64,000 nucleotides of DNA from Mobula hypostoma. Its lineage: Eukaryota. The stretch is from the NCBI RefSeq assembly GCF_963921235.1, contig NC_086114.1, forward strand, positions 63,798,001 through 63,862,000, written 5' to 3'. Made by a program: the position numbers and the translations under genes. Below the pieces are notes generated by a model. That model ran no database searches, was not told the origin of the DNA, and saw only the letters and a list, made by a program, of their open reading frames with translations. Below are positions 25,230-37,018 of the stretch, in pieces; position 1 is the stretch's first letter, and each line of letters begins with the position of its first letter.

Positions 25230-27870
25230 CCTAGCACAGCTAGAGACTGGCACAGAAGATATTGTGGGTGTCGTTGATTTGTGGCTTAAAGAAGATCATA
25301 ATTGGGAAGGACACACATTGTATCAAAAAAGACAGGCAAATAAGTAGAGGGTGGATTAGCTCTGCTGGTAAGAAATGAAACCAAATCCTTGGAAAGTGAA
25401 TAAGAATCGGAAGACGTAGAATCCTTGTAGGAAGAGTTAACAAACTGCAAGGGTGAAAAGCTGGAAGTTATATATATAGGCCTCTGAACAGTAGCCAGCA
25501 TGTGATGCACAAGTTAAAACAAGAGATTGAAAAGGCATATATAAAGGGCAATATTATGATAATCATGGGGGATTTCAATACGCAGATAGATTGGGAAAAT
25601 CCAACTTGAGCTGGATCCCAAGAGAAGGCATTTGAAGAATGTCTACACGATGGCTTTTTAGAGCAGCTTGTGGTTGAGCCCACTAAGGGAATGGCAATTC
25701 TGGATTGAGTATTAGATAATGATCCAGATTTGATTAGGAAGCTTAAGGTAAAGGAACCCTTAGATTGAATTCACCCTACAACTTGAGAGGGAGAAGGTGA
25801 AGTCAGATGAATCAGTATTACAGTGGAGTAAAGGGAATTACAGAGGCATGAGAGAGGAGCTGGCCAAAGTTGATTGGAAGGGGAAACTGGCAGGGATGAT
25901 GACAGAACAACAATGGCTGGTGTTCCTGGGATGAATTCAGAAGGTGCAGGAGAGAGACATCTTAAAGATGTAAAAGTATCCTAAAGGGACGATGGCGCAA
26001 CCATGCCTGACTACGGAAGTCAAAGGCAGCATAAAAGCAAAAGAGGGGGCACATCATATAGCAAAAATTAGTGGTAAGGTAAAGGATTGGGGAGCTTTTA
26101 AAAATCAACGGAAGGCAACTAAAAAGCCTTAAAGAGAGAAAAGATGAAATAAGAAGATAAGCTAGCCAATTATATAAAAGATGATACAAAAAGTGGTTTT
26201 CTGATTTACAAGGAATAAAAGAGAGGTGAGAGTGGATATCAGACTGCTGGAAAATGATAATGGAGAGGTATTAATAGAGAACAAAAAATGGCAGGCGAAG
26301 TTAATAAGTACTTTGCATGAGCCTTCACTGTGGAAGACAACAGCAGAACGCCAGAAATGCAACAGGGTCAGGGGACAGAAATGAGTATCATTGTTATTAC
26401 TAAAGAGAAAGTGCTTGGGAAGCTGGATAGTCTGAAGCAAATGGACTGAATAATCTGAACCAGATGTACTGCAGCCCAGGGTTCTGAAAGAGGTGGCTGA
26501 AGAGATTGTGGAGGCATTAGTAATGATCTTTGAAGAATCACTACACTCTGGACTCGTTCCTGAGGACTGATAAATTGCAAATGCCACTCCACTCTTTAAG
26601 AAGTGGGAGGAGCATGAAAAAGAAAATTATAGGCCAGTTAATCTGGCTTCTGTGATTGGAAAGATGTTGGAGTCTATTATTAAGGATGAGGATTTGAGAC
26701 ACATGATAAAATAGGCCAAAGTCAGCATGGTTTTCTAAAGGGGACATCTTGCCTGACAAATCTGTTGGAATTCTTTGAGGAAATAACAAGCAGGATAGAG
26801 GAGACTCATTGGATATTGTTTGATTTTCAGAAGGCCTATAACAAGATAAGAGCTCATGGTATTACAGGAAAGATACTATCATAGTTGGAGGATTGGCTAA
26901 TTGGCAGGAGGCAAAGAGTGGGAATAAACGGGCCTTTTCTGGTTGGCTGCCAGTGACTAGTGATGTGCCGAATGACTCGGTGTTGGGACTACTTCTTTTC
27001 ACGTTGTATGTCATGATTTGGATGAAGGAATTGATGGCTTTTGTGGCCAGGTTTGCATGGTCATGCACTTTGGTAGAAGGAATAAAGGCACGGACTATTT
27101 TATAAATGGAAAGAAAATTTAAAAATCAGAGGTGCAGAGGGACTTGGCAGCTATCATGTAGGATTCCCTAATTGTTAATTTGCAGGTTGAGTTGGTGGTA
27201 AGGAAAGAAAATGCAATGTTGGCATTCCTTTCTAAAGGACCAGAATACAAAAGCAAGGATATAATGCTGAAGCTTTATAAGGTATTACTCAGACCACACT
27301 TGTAGTACTGTGAACAGTTTTGGGCCCTTTATCTAAGCAAGGATGTGTGCTAGCATTGGCAGAGTCCAGAAGAGGTTCTCGAGAATGATCTCAGGAATAA
27401 CATATAGGATCAGATATCCAAGGAAAGTAAGGGTTATTGTATGAGGAGCATTTGATGGCTCTGTGCCTGTACTCACAGGAAATTTAGAAAAATCAGGGGG
27501 GGATCTCATTGAAACCTATGAAAGGTCTGGACAGAGTGCATGTGGAGAGGATGTCTCCTATAGTGGGGGAGTCTAAGACCAGACAGCACAGCTTCAGAAT
27601 GGAGGGATGCCCATTTAGAACAGAAATGAGGAAAATTTCTTTAGGCAGAGGGTGGTGCATCTGCAAAATTCTTTGCCACAGACAGCTGAGCAGGGTAAGT
27701 CACTGAGCATCTTTAAAGCAGAGCCTAATAGGTTCTTGATTAATCAGGACATCAAAGGCTACTGGGAGAAGGCAGGAGAATAGAGTTGAGAGGGATAATA
27801 AATCACTAATGATGGAATGGCGGAGCAGGCTCGAGTGGTCGAATGGTCTAATTCTGCTCCTAGATCTTAC
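25230..27870 (+). mobile_element. Old degenerate CR1 LINE (APE through RT and 3' UTR)
   Basis: Recognisable remnants of MGDFN, RVLKEVAEEIVEAL, HGFLKG and WLPVTS with many stops. Confidence 0.85.
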
Positions 27871-28846
27871 CCAGATCAAATGAAAAATCATCATCCTGAA
27901 ACATTAATTCTTTCTGCCCCTAAAATGTTGAGTAATTCTAACACTTCCTGATTTTATTTGACATTTTCAGCACCTGTAATATTTTACTTTTAGAAAACCC
28001 TGGAAATCCAAACGCAAGGAATGATTCAACAATGATCGCAGACATTTTCTGATGTCTGAAATATTAAATCAATCTGTGCATTCAGCTGGCACCCTGCCAG
28101 GTCAGCACCACTCAAAATGTCTCTTACCATGATTAGCCATGGTAGAGTAGCGGTTAGTGTAAAGCTATTACAACTCGGGGTCACAGTTCGGAGTTCAATT
28201 CCAATGTGTCCTGTAGGGAGGTTTTATGTTCTCCCTGTGAAGCCTATCGTTTTCCTCCGGGTACTAAGGTTTCCTCCCACAGTCCAAAATCATACCAGTT
28301 AGTAGGTTAACCGTTGTTCTTTTCTGAACCTTGAGGCACATCGAGCAACAACTTTGCCGTTTCTTTAGCAATTTTGTCTGTTTTTACGAGGCCAAGTTGC
28401 CAGCTTGACACTCAACCCAGCAGGGACGGAAAGCGTTCAAGGAGCCGGCTGGATTCGAACCCAGGACCATTTGCCTCAAAGTCCAGTGCAGATGCTACTA
28501 CACCACCGGCCGATTCGTAGGTTAACTGGTCATTCTAAATTCTCCAGTGACTAGGCTTGGGTTAAATAAGTGGGTTGCTAAACAGTGCTGATCATTGGGC
28601 CAAAAGTGCTCATTCCGCGCTGCATCTCTAACTAACAAATCATAACTGTTGACGGGAAGGCAAATGTTAAACAGTAATATCTACGTGCTTCTGAGCGTTC
28701 AATTGCCAGATGATCTATTTGTTCCATGCTGTCGTCACACTGGATGCTTTCACAATATTTAATACACAACTTACTGGGTGACCAGCTCAGACAACAGAGC
28801 AACAGAGGAAAGGATTATTGTCCCAGTGGTGTACTAGAGAGGCAGT

Positions 28847-29325
28847 CAGACATCCCACCTCTCCTGGAAGTTCCGGGAGTCTCCCACATATTGATAGTGG
28901 CTCCCTGATGCCCCCAAATTAAATACAATATCCCGGAAATTGAATTTTTTGAGAGCGAGAGAGCACGCACCATGGCAGAGTGTTTCAAAAAAAGAAAAAT
29001 ATATAACGTATGTCACCCCAGACTACACTAAAGTGTACCCCTGCCTGATAGGGGTCAGAAATAATGACAGTGTTGCTCGCTGCACTGTTTGCAACAGTGA
29101 CTTTTCTGTTGCCCATGGTGGGTTAAGACTGGAAAAGACATGTTGAGGTGAGTTTAACAGGTGTCATTCGTTCCTTAGCATAGCTAACGTTATTTAAACT
29201 AGGTGGCTAGCTGCTAAGGAGCTACTCTATTGCAGACATCCCACCTCTCCTGGAAGTTCCGGGAGTCTCCTGCAAATTGATGGTGCTACCTCCCTGAAAT
29301 GAGTTTTTGCAGGGTGGGATGTCTG
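28847..29325 (+). mobile_element. Non-autonomous hAT-like DNA transposon
   Basis: TIR CAGACATCCCACC/GGTGGGATGTCTG; apparent 6-bp TSD GGCAGT/GGCAGC; internal Zn-finger remnant ARCTVCNSDFSVAHGG. Confidence 0.75.
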
Positions 29326-29509
29326 GGCAGCCAAATGCATAGCAATGGTGGAGAGGAATGGAGAAGATGTGAAGCTGAAATAGATGGATCCCAGGGGAAG
29401 ATGATGGTGCGATTGGTTGTAATGGGTCATGGAAGGAATGGGGTCGTAGTCACAAACGATGTTCTTGGACAGAGATGACAAATGGGTCTCAGACTTGGTT
29501 TCATCCTAC

Positions 29510-29590
29510 CTTCAGAATGGAGACATTTGCAATCCGGTCCAGTGGGCTCATCAGATCAGATTCAATGAACAAATCCTTCTTTCCCGGTAA
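29510..29590 (-). CDS. VPS33B: VPS33B exon 2
   Basis: [27 protein letters not shown]; 81 nt; AG/GT boundaries. Confidence 0.96.
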
Positions 29591-29929
29591 CTGACAGTAA
29601 GCAGATTCGTGAGAAAAGAAACTCAGTGAGTGATTCCGATATTCAGACAAAGAAACCAAAGTTCTATCTCTGTGAATGATTTCATGAGCCTGCCCAAATC
29701 AGTACCCGTTACTCTCCCTCCCTTCATTACACCAGCCCGCCTTTCTCTCCCAGTCAACCCATCTCCCTTCCATTACCATGCCCTTCACCCATCTCGCTGC
29801 CGTCAATCTACATCCAACGTTAATCTCCGTTTCCCTCCATTACACCAGCGCGTCATCCCCGTCTTCCCCAGTCTCTCTCCTATCACCCCATCTCGCACCG
29901 TTACACCAGCACGACTTTATCCGCCCACC

Positions 29930-30350
29930 TCCATTATCCGTCTCTCCTGTTAACCGCAGACCGATCGGTACCTGTCACTTCCCCACCTTTACCCGTCCAT
30001 ACTCCCCCCGATACACTTAATCAGGGCTCATCCGGTGTCGGACGAGGCCCCCGGGACGGTTGCGCTCTCCCCCCACCCACCTGCTCCAACAAGTAGATCA
30101 ACTGGTCCCGGGCGAGACGTTTCAAAATGTCGAAGTCCGGCAGGTCAGGGGCATCCCGGCGGGCCGCCATCTTTCCGCAAAACCGTTTCCGGGTAACGGC
30201 AGTCGCTTCCGGCCGCCTGTCTCCTAGCAACAGGTTTCACCCGGCGCCAACCGGCGAGTCGGCGACACGGGACGGTCACGGCCGGGTGCGGTTTGTCTCG
30301 GACCTCCGGAGTGTTTGGATGTGATTTATAATCATACAAATCGACCGGGA
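29930..30350 (-). promoter_or_regulatory. VPS33B CpG-island promoter with YY1 (AAGATGGCGGC over the ATG), ETS (CCGGAAG) and two RFX X-box-like motifs
   Basis: High CpG density; GTTTCCGGGTAAC at 30185-30197 and GTCTCCTAGCAAC at 30219-30231. Confidence 0.7.
30081..30170 (-). CDS. VPS33B: VPS33B coding exon 1
   Basis: Translates to [30 protein letters not shown], matching the vertebrate VPS33B N-terminus. ATG at 30170 lies in a CpG island; donor CAG|GTGGGT. Confidence 0.96.
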
Positions 30351-31290
30351 AGTGTACTTTCTTGTGGTTAAACTGTGAAGCCTTCGGCGGTTTTTACAAA
30401 TCATTTGTTATCAACACCCTTGGCCAAGTCGTCAAAGAAATGGAAAGCTTCTTACGATAACAATCGTTAAGTACAATAGCAAATGGGAAGAAACATTTGT
30501 ATGGGTCCAAAAGGCTGCTGATGGATCGGAGGCAGCTTATTGTAAATTGTGCCACTGCACCATTGTACCAAGAATTAGCAACCTTTCAAATCATGAAAAA
30601 TCGGAGAAACACAGGCGGAGAGCGCCATCAAAAGGCCAGACGCAACTTAATGTAACACAGACTGCGAGGCAAGATAATGAGTAGAGCTGCAAATTGCTGT
30701 AAGCATGACCTGCTATTGTGCGATACATACAGTTGACCAGCTGAGTGACATCATGATAGCACATGGGCATGGGAGTATACTAGAGCACTTAAAGTTACAT
30801 AAAACTAAATGTGCATGCTTAATCAAAAACATCATTTCTCCTGCACTGAAAACTGATCTCATTGATGACTTTCAGAACAAGAAATATGTCATCATTGTTG
30901 ATGAATCTACTGACATTTCAACACAAAAACACTTGTGTATTTTAGTTCGATTTTTAAGCGATAGGACAAAGGAAATTGTAACTGGATTTCTAGGTTTAGA
31001 TAACATATTCAATTTGATTGATGAGATCAAACGATGTGGCCAGAGTCTTGCAAATTGCATTGGTTTTGCATCGGCTGGTGCATCGAACATGGTTGGGTGC
31101 AACAGCTCTGTGTGGCCTAGACTAAAAGATGTGTCTCCTTTCTGTGTGCAACTCAAATGGCTCTGTCATTCTTTGGCACTGTGCATTCAATATGCAGTAT
31201 TCAAGCTACCATCAAATACAGGGTATTGGATTTTTGCTGTCAGAATACCCAATTGGTTTTGCCATAGTGAATTAAGACAGGAAGCATACA

Positions 31291-31486
31291 GGCACGAGGA
31301 AATCTGCAGATGCTGGAATTTCAAGCTACACACACAAAAATTGCTGGTGAACGCAGCAGACCAGGCAGCATCTATAGGAAGAGGTACAGGACTGACAAAG
31401 GGTCTCGGCCCGAAACGTCGACTGTACCTCTTCCTATAGATGCTGCCTGGCCTGCTGCATTCACCAGCAATTTTTGTGTGTGTTGC
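31291..31486. mobile_element. Palindromic Penelope-derived insertion inside the hAT transposase
   Basis: Long inverted repeat around GGGTCTCGGCCCGAAACGTC; 9-bp TSD AAGCATACA at 31282-31290 and 31487-31495. The transposase frame resumes (RQEAY|KELF). Confidence 0.85.
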
Positions 31487-31629
31487 AAGCATACAAAGAA
31501 TTGTTTGGAGTGATGGACACAGCTACAGAATTTGAGCTAACCCAAACTGCCCCCCTCCCCTTTGAAAACCCTGCATCTACTCGGTGGCTTGTGTGTGGAA
31601 AGGTTATGATTAATATTTTGATGAACTGG

Positions 31630-32417
31630 TGTTACGAACCCACAGGTTTCGTTTACTGTGGATTGTCTCTTTAAGAGCGCCTAAATGAGGCGGGACTATG
31701 ATGTTGTTCACTGACTGACTTGCAGCTTGTTAACTTTAAAACAAGGACACAGTCAGTCAGTCGAGAGAGAGAGAAAGAGAAAGGAGATCAGCTGCTGAAA
31801 CTTCAACTGGTCACTGCGATGGTTTGAAACTCTTTCAAGCCCAAAAGATTGGGTTAAATATCGGCACATGGTGCACAACGAATGTGGGACTGTCACTTCG
31901 TATAATCCAAAGGAGTGGATTTTGTTTGGGATATCCTGTGGAGACTACTTAAGTGTTAACCCTTGCCTGGGTATGTTGTGTGGTAATCCCTTGAAGACGA
32001 TATCCCTGTGACAGATCACTTTCGGTGATAACTTGTATGTGGATTTGGAACGATGACGGACAAGATCTACAGCGACTGTTATCTCGTTTTACCATCGTGG
32101 AATCCGTAGAATACTTCATAATTACCTCTTCTCTACGTTTCACCCTGGATTACAAATATCTCCATGCTATCATTCATTCCGTGGATGAACTGAACTTTCC
32201 TACTTTACCATCTCAAGACTCTAAGCTTTGTTTCCCCAAGCTTAACTTAGTTTGGGAGCTATATTACACAAATTACACTGTTAACACTTGTTTATCTTGG
32301 TTAAGTTACGATATTGTAAGTAGGTACTAATAAAGATAGTGGTTTTAACATTAAAACCCGACTCAGTATGAAATCTCTTGCTGTTGGATTATTTCTAAAA
32401 TGTTACATTTCGTAACA
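31630..32417 (+). mobile_element. Solo LTR (Gypsy-like) nested in the hAT transposase
   Basis: TGTTACG...CGTAACA inverted ends, 4-bp TSD CTGG and AATAAA near the 3' end. The transposase resumes (MNW|EELKAYF). Confidence 0.85.
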
Positions 32418-33698
32418 CTGGGAAGAGCTAAAGGCTTATTTCATTTCTGCTGAACTAGCCCAATCAAAGTTTGATACAAAATTCAAAGCAAGACTCCTAA
32501 AGGAAATGTTGTCAGACTACAAAAACTACTTGTTCTTTGAGTTTGCAACACCTGTTGTGCAGGAATTTGAAAGACTGAATGGCCTTTTTCAGCAAACCAA
32601 AGCTGATCTTCATGAATTGTAGCAACAAATATTCTTACACCAGAAGAGTCTTCAGAACAGACTGTATGATGCCAAAAGACAGAAAAAAAATTCATGAAGT
32701 TGATTTTGGTATCAAATTCTTAACAGCAAGTGATAAGTTCCTACAGCAGAACAAGAGTGCTGAGGCCCATCTAGAAATAAAAAATGTCAAAGAAAGATGT
32801 ATGTCTATGCTAGAAGAAGCTCTCAGTCAAGTTACCCTGTAGACTTCCATCGGTGAGAGATACATTTGAAAGTTTATTAAAACCAAGCCCTGTGATAATT
32901 TTAAATCAAGTTTCAAGGCCCATGTTTTCCGAGTTACCCTTTATACACCTTGCTGGAAACAACGTCAGCACTATTGAAGGTGCATTTAAGAAAGATGGAC
33001 TCCCTACAGACACTGAAGAGTTTTGGACTGGTGTACTTCAGCATCAGGCATTTAAAGAGGTCTCCACCTTTGCCCTTACTTGCCTAATAATCCCTGTCAG
33101 CAATGCTGTAGTTGAGAGGATATTTCCTCTTGTATCCTCTGTTAAAACGAAGGTAAGAGACAGAATGCAGCTGAACCTTCTGATGCTACTGTCAGAATCC
33201 GGGCAGAACTATTGCTTTCAAAGCAAGTGTTGCAAAGACTTCACTGCATCTCCAGAAATGCTAAAAAACTTCACATCAGACAAGGTTTATGCCGTATGTT
33301 CCACTCATTCCAGCGAAGAGGATAGTAATGACCTGCTTTTCATGTGATGTGAGTATGAAAAATATATTGAAATCTGTTTGGCTATTTTCAGTTTTTTTCT
33401 AGTATTGTTTGGCTTTAAATTAAAAGTTCAATCTGGCAACCCTGTCTCCTAGGTCCAGTGTAAACCACCACGCTGGGATGGACTGCTCCCACTGCACATA
33501 CACCTGGGGCTCAGGCTCGTCTTCAGTGACTGCTCTCCCGCCGTTCATGCCGTCCCTCACATTCAGCAGGTCAGGCAGCCTCTGTGGAGGAAGAACAAAA
33601 TTACCTCGCCACCACTGAATGCAGCACATTCAGGTTTTGAGCAAAAAAACTGCAAATCCAAAACTCCTGAGCAACACACACGCAATGCTGGAGAAAGA

Positions 33699-34146
33699 GA
33701 TTAGATTAGATTAGATTAGATTCAACTTTATTGTCACTGTGCCGAGTACAGATACAAAGCCAATGAAATGCATTTAGCACCTGACCAGAAATGCAAAGAA
33801 TAGTGTTATTTACAAAATAACTGCGAATAAAAAAAGTGCTACAGCACACAAATATACAAGTACTGAGACAGTACAATATGGGTACAATACTGTTTAGCAC
33901 TGTGATGGGAGGTTCAGCAGGGTTACAGCCTCAGGGAAGAAGCTCTTCCTGAGTCTGTTGGTGCGGGAGCGGAGGCTCCTGTAGCGCCTACCGGATGGGA
34001 GGAGAGTAAAAAGTCCATGGTTACGGTGAGATGCGTCCTCGATGATGCTTTTCACCCTGCCCAGGCAGCGTTTATGGTAGATGTTCTCAATGGTGGGCAA
34101 TTGGGTGCCGATAATGCGCTGGGCAGTTTTCACCACACGCTGGAGT
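33699..34146 (-). mobile_element. Rex-Babar 3' end with (TCTAA)n tail
   Basis: LQRVVKTAQRIIG...LLPSGRRYRSLRSRTNRLRKSFFPEAV; (TTAGA)n at 33699-33722. Confidence 0.8.
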
Positions 34147-36157
34147 GTGGAGATTAGCTGCATATGTCACATGTACATTGAAACGTGTCATTGCATCAAC
34201 ACCCAACTCATGCCAAGGATGTACTGGGGGCAGGCTGCAAGTGTCGCCATGCTTCTGGCGCCAGCGTAGCGTGCCCACATCTCACTAACCCCAACCCCTA
34301 TGTCTTTGGACTGTGTGGAAACCTGAGCACTCGGAGTAAGCCCAGACAGTCACAGGAAGAACATACAGACAGTGGTGGTAATTGAACCTGGGTTGCTGGT
34401 GCAGCAAGACGTTATGCAAACCACTATGCTAACATGCACTCTTGAACTCAGCATCTATGGCAGGAAATTGACAGTCAACATCTCATCAGGACTGGACAGG
34501 AGTTTTGTTGCTGCACTGCAAAGTCTCTTCAAGCTCTGCCTTCCCTAAGGAAAGTTTTCTTCCTCTTCTCCAATCATGAAGAAAGGTCTTGGCCTGAAAC
34601 ATCGACTGACCATTTCCCTCCATTGATGCTTCCTGACCTGCTGAGTTCCTCCAGCATTTTGTGTGTGTTGCAAATACTGGAAATCTGACTGAAAAAAAAC
34701 ACTGGAAATTCTCAGCAGGTCAGGCAGCAACTGTAGAGAGAGGAGCACAGTCAACACTTCCAGTCAATCTCTCAGAGACATCTGTGTGAACAGCCAGTAT
34801 TTATCCCTCAATCACCCTAAAACATTGTCATTTCATTTAATTCTTCACATCAGTGATTACATGTTAGAACTACTGTACTTAATTGGATGTAAAGACTTCA
34901 GGATGTCTGAAAAGGGGTGGGAATGATGCCATAGAATCCAGATCTTTAATTTTTCTTTTTTTTTTCCACCCTGTCACCAACATTTATCAGAAAAACTGCA
35001 GATGCTGGAAATCATATAAAATTTGAAAATGCCAAAGAGCTCAGTGGACACGGCAGCAACTGAGGAGAGAGAGACATGCACACACATTTAATATTCCAGT
35101 GCACATAGAACATAGAAATCTACAGCACATTACAGGCCCTTCGGCCCACAATGTTGTGCCGACCATGTAACCTACTCTAGGAATGCCTAGAATGATTTTA
35201 TTAATTTGCACTGTAAATCTATTTATTTCCAATAGTAGGAGAGGCAGCCTCAGAACAGAAGGACATCTGCTGTTCCTTAGCCCATTTTTATAATTGATCT
35301 AGATCCTGTTGGAATCTTAGCAAACCTTCTTCACTATAACACCAATTTTGGCATCATCTGCAAAACTTACTAACCGTGTCAGCTACATTTCCAACCCAAT
35401 TATTAATGTGGGTGACAAACAACAGTGGGCCCACCACCAGTCCCTGCAACACGCTACTGCTCACAGATCTCCAGTCCTTCACCACCACTCTGACTCCCAC
35501 CACCAAGCTCATTTTTATCCCACATGATCTAACCTACCACGTGGCAGCTTGCCCAAAGTTGACATAGATGATAACTACCACTCTAACCTTGTTGAACTAC
35601 ATTCCGCCAACCTGTCATCATGGGCAGACAGGAGCATCAGGAGGCACAGCCAACTGTACGTGGGTGGGTGGATTGTTTCTTTAAGCAGACAATGCATTCC
35701 ACATAAAGCAAAAAAAAACTGTTAAGAAACTTCAATGTTCTGATTTTTTTGTGTGAAAATTGACTGCGTGAAAGATCAAACTCGGAGAGGGTTTAAAGCT
35801 TTACAGAAATAGCTTCTGAAAAGCCCTCCAATCAAATAACACCTACCTAAGATCTTTGATGGTGAAAAATGAAAGATAAACTTTGAAGAGGGGCCACTTA
35901 TTTATTCTTTACAATCAAATTATGAAGAATCATTTCAGTGAAACGACACAACATAGTGAGTCAAACTAATTAACCAACATTTATTTCAAATAGATATAAG
36001 CAGAGAACTCAAGTACCACTTTACTCAGCCTTAAGGACGAACATTGGGAAGAAAGAAATATTTAGTTTTACCTCAGAACAAGATAGATATTTTAATTTGT
36101 TCATTTTACAGTAAACAATCCTTATTTTATGTTCATTGAAAAAGACAGCAGTGCCCA

Positions 36158-36291
36158 TTACTGAGTAAAAATGTTTCTTTCTTTGAACAGTGCGTCCAAG
36201 CTGTTTTCTAAGGCTTGACTGGTTCCTCGGAGTCCAGCAATTACTTTGGAAGCCCAGACAAAATATTCTTCAACTCTTTTCTCCGTCCACC
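36158..36291 (-). CDS. HDDC3: HDDC3 exon 4 (terminal coding exon)
   Basis: (G)WTEKRVEEYFVWASKVIAGLRGTSQALENSLDALFKERNIFTQ*; minus-strand AATAAA at about 35980 and 35901. Confidence 0.95.
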
Positions 36292-36454
36292 CTGAATGAT
36301 GATTCAACAGAAGTCAGGTGAGATAGAGGTTCCTTAACCCTCTGGTACAATCCATTCCTTTCACAATGACCCCCTGCCATATTATCACACTGCTCTGTGC
36401 TAGAAATTTTGCTGCCGGAACACTTTTGTGGACAAATCCAACCTGTTTTGCTTA

Positions 36455-36950
36455 TACACAAGAGATTCTGCAGATGCTGGAAATCCAGAGCAACACACAC
36501 AAAATGCTGGAGGAACACAGCAGGTCAGGCAGCATCTATGGAGGGGAATCAACAGTCGATGTTTTGGGCCAAGACCCTTCATCAGGACTGGAAAAGAAGG
36601 GGGAAGAAGACAGAATAAGAAGGTGGGGCAGGGTGGGAATGGGGTACAAGCTGGAAGGTGAAACAGGAGACCAAGCAAGGGGGAAGCTAGGTGCATGGGG
36701 GAGGGGTTGAAATGAGAACCTGGAATCTGATAGGTGAAAGAGGTAAAGGACTGAAGAAGAAGGAATCTGATAGGAGAGTGGAGCATGGGAGACAGGGAAT
36801 CAGAGTTGATGGGCAGCTGAGGAGAAGAGAAGGGATAACAGGGGAGTGGAAAAAGGAGGATGGGGGAGAAATCATGTCCATGCTGTGAGGTTGGGCGCTA
36901 CCCAGATGGAATATGAGGTGTTGATCCTCCAACCTGAGAGTGGCCTCATT
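36455..36950 (-). mobile_element. Penelope pLTR fragment in HDDC3 intron 3
   Basis: LEDQHLIFHLGSAQPHSMDM GIY-YIG tail; degenerate hammerhead at 36553-36590. Confidence 0.75.
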
Positions 36951-37018
36951 AAGACATGCTCAGAGACAGCGATCCAGGCTCATACCCAGACCGTGTCGGA
37001 GTTTAGAGTGGCACTGAC

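Larger units (their letters stand above)
30228..33444 (+). mobile_element. Decayed hAT DNA transposon (ZNF862/Tip100-like transposase pseudogene)
   Basis: N-terminal Zn finger YCKLCHCT...NHEKSEKH, catalytic IIVDESTD, WLCHSLAL, STRWL and the hATC dimerisation motif PVSNAVVERIF. 3' TIR CAATCTGGCAACCCTG ends at 33444; 8-bp TSD TCTCCTAG at 30220-30227 and 33445-33452. Multiple stops and frameshifts and two nested insertions. Confidence 0.9.

Noticed and set aside
29700-30020. Loose CATTACACCAGC repeats and Pro/Ser-rich ORFs in VPS33B intron 1
   Set aside because: C-rich low-complexity sequence downstream of the promoter, with no consistent period or coding signal.
30705-31439. 244-aa ORF as a domesticated ZBED/ZNF862-like gene
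   Set aside because: The N-terminal Zn finger is out of frame, the ORF runs on into a Penelope insertion, and the downstream part has a solo LTR, stops and frameshifts.
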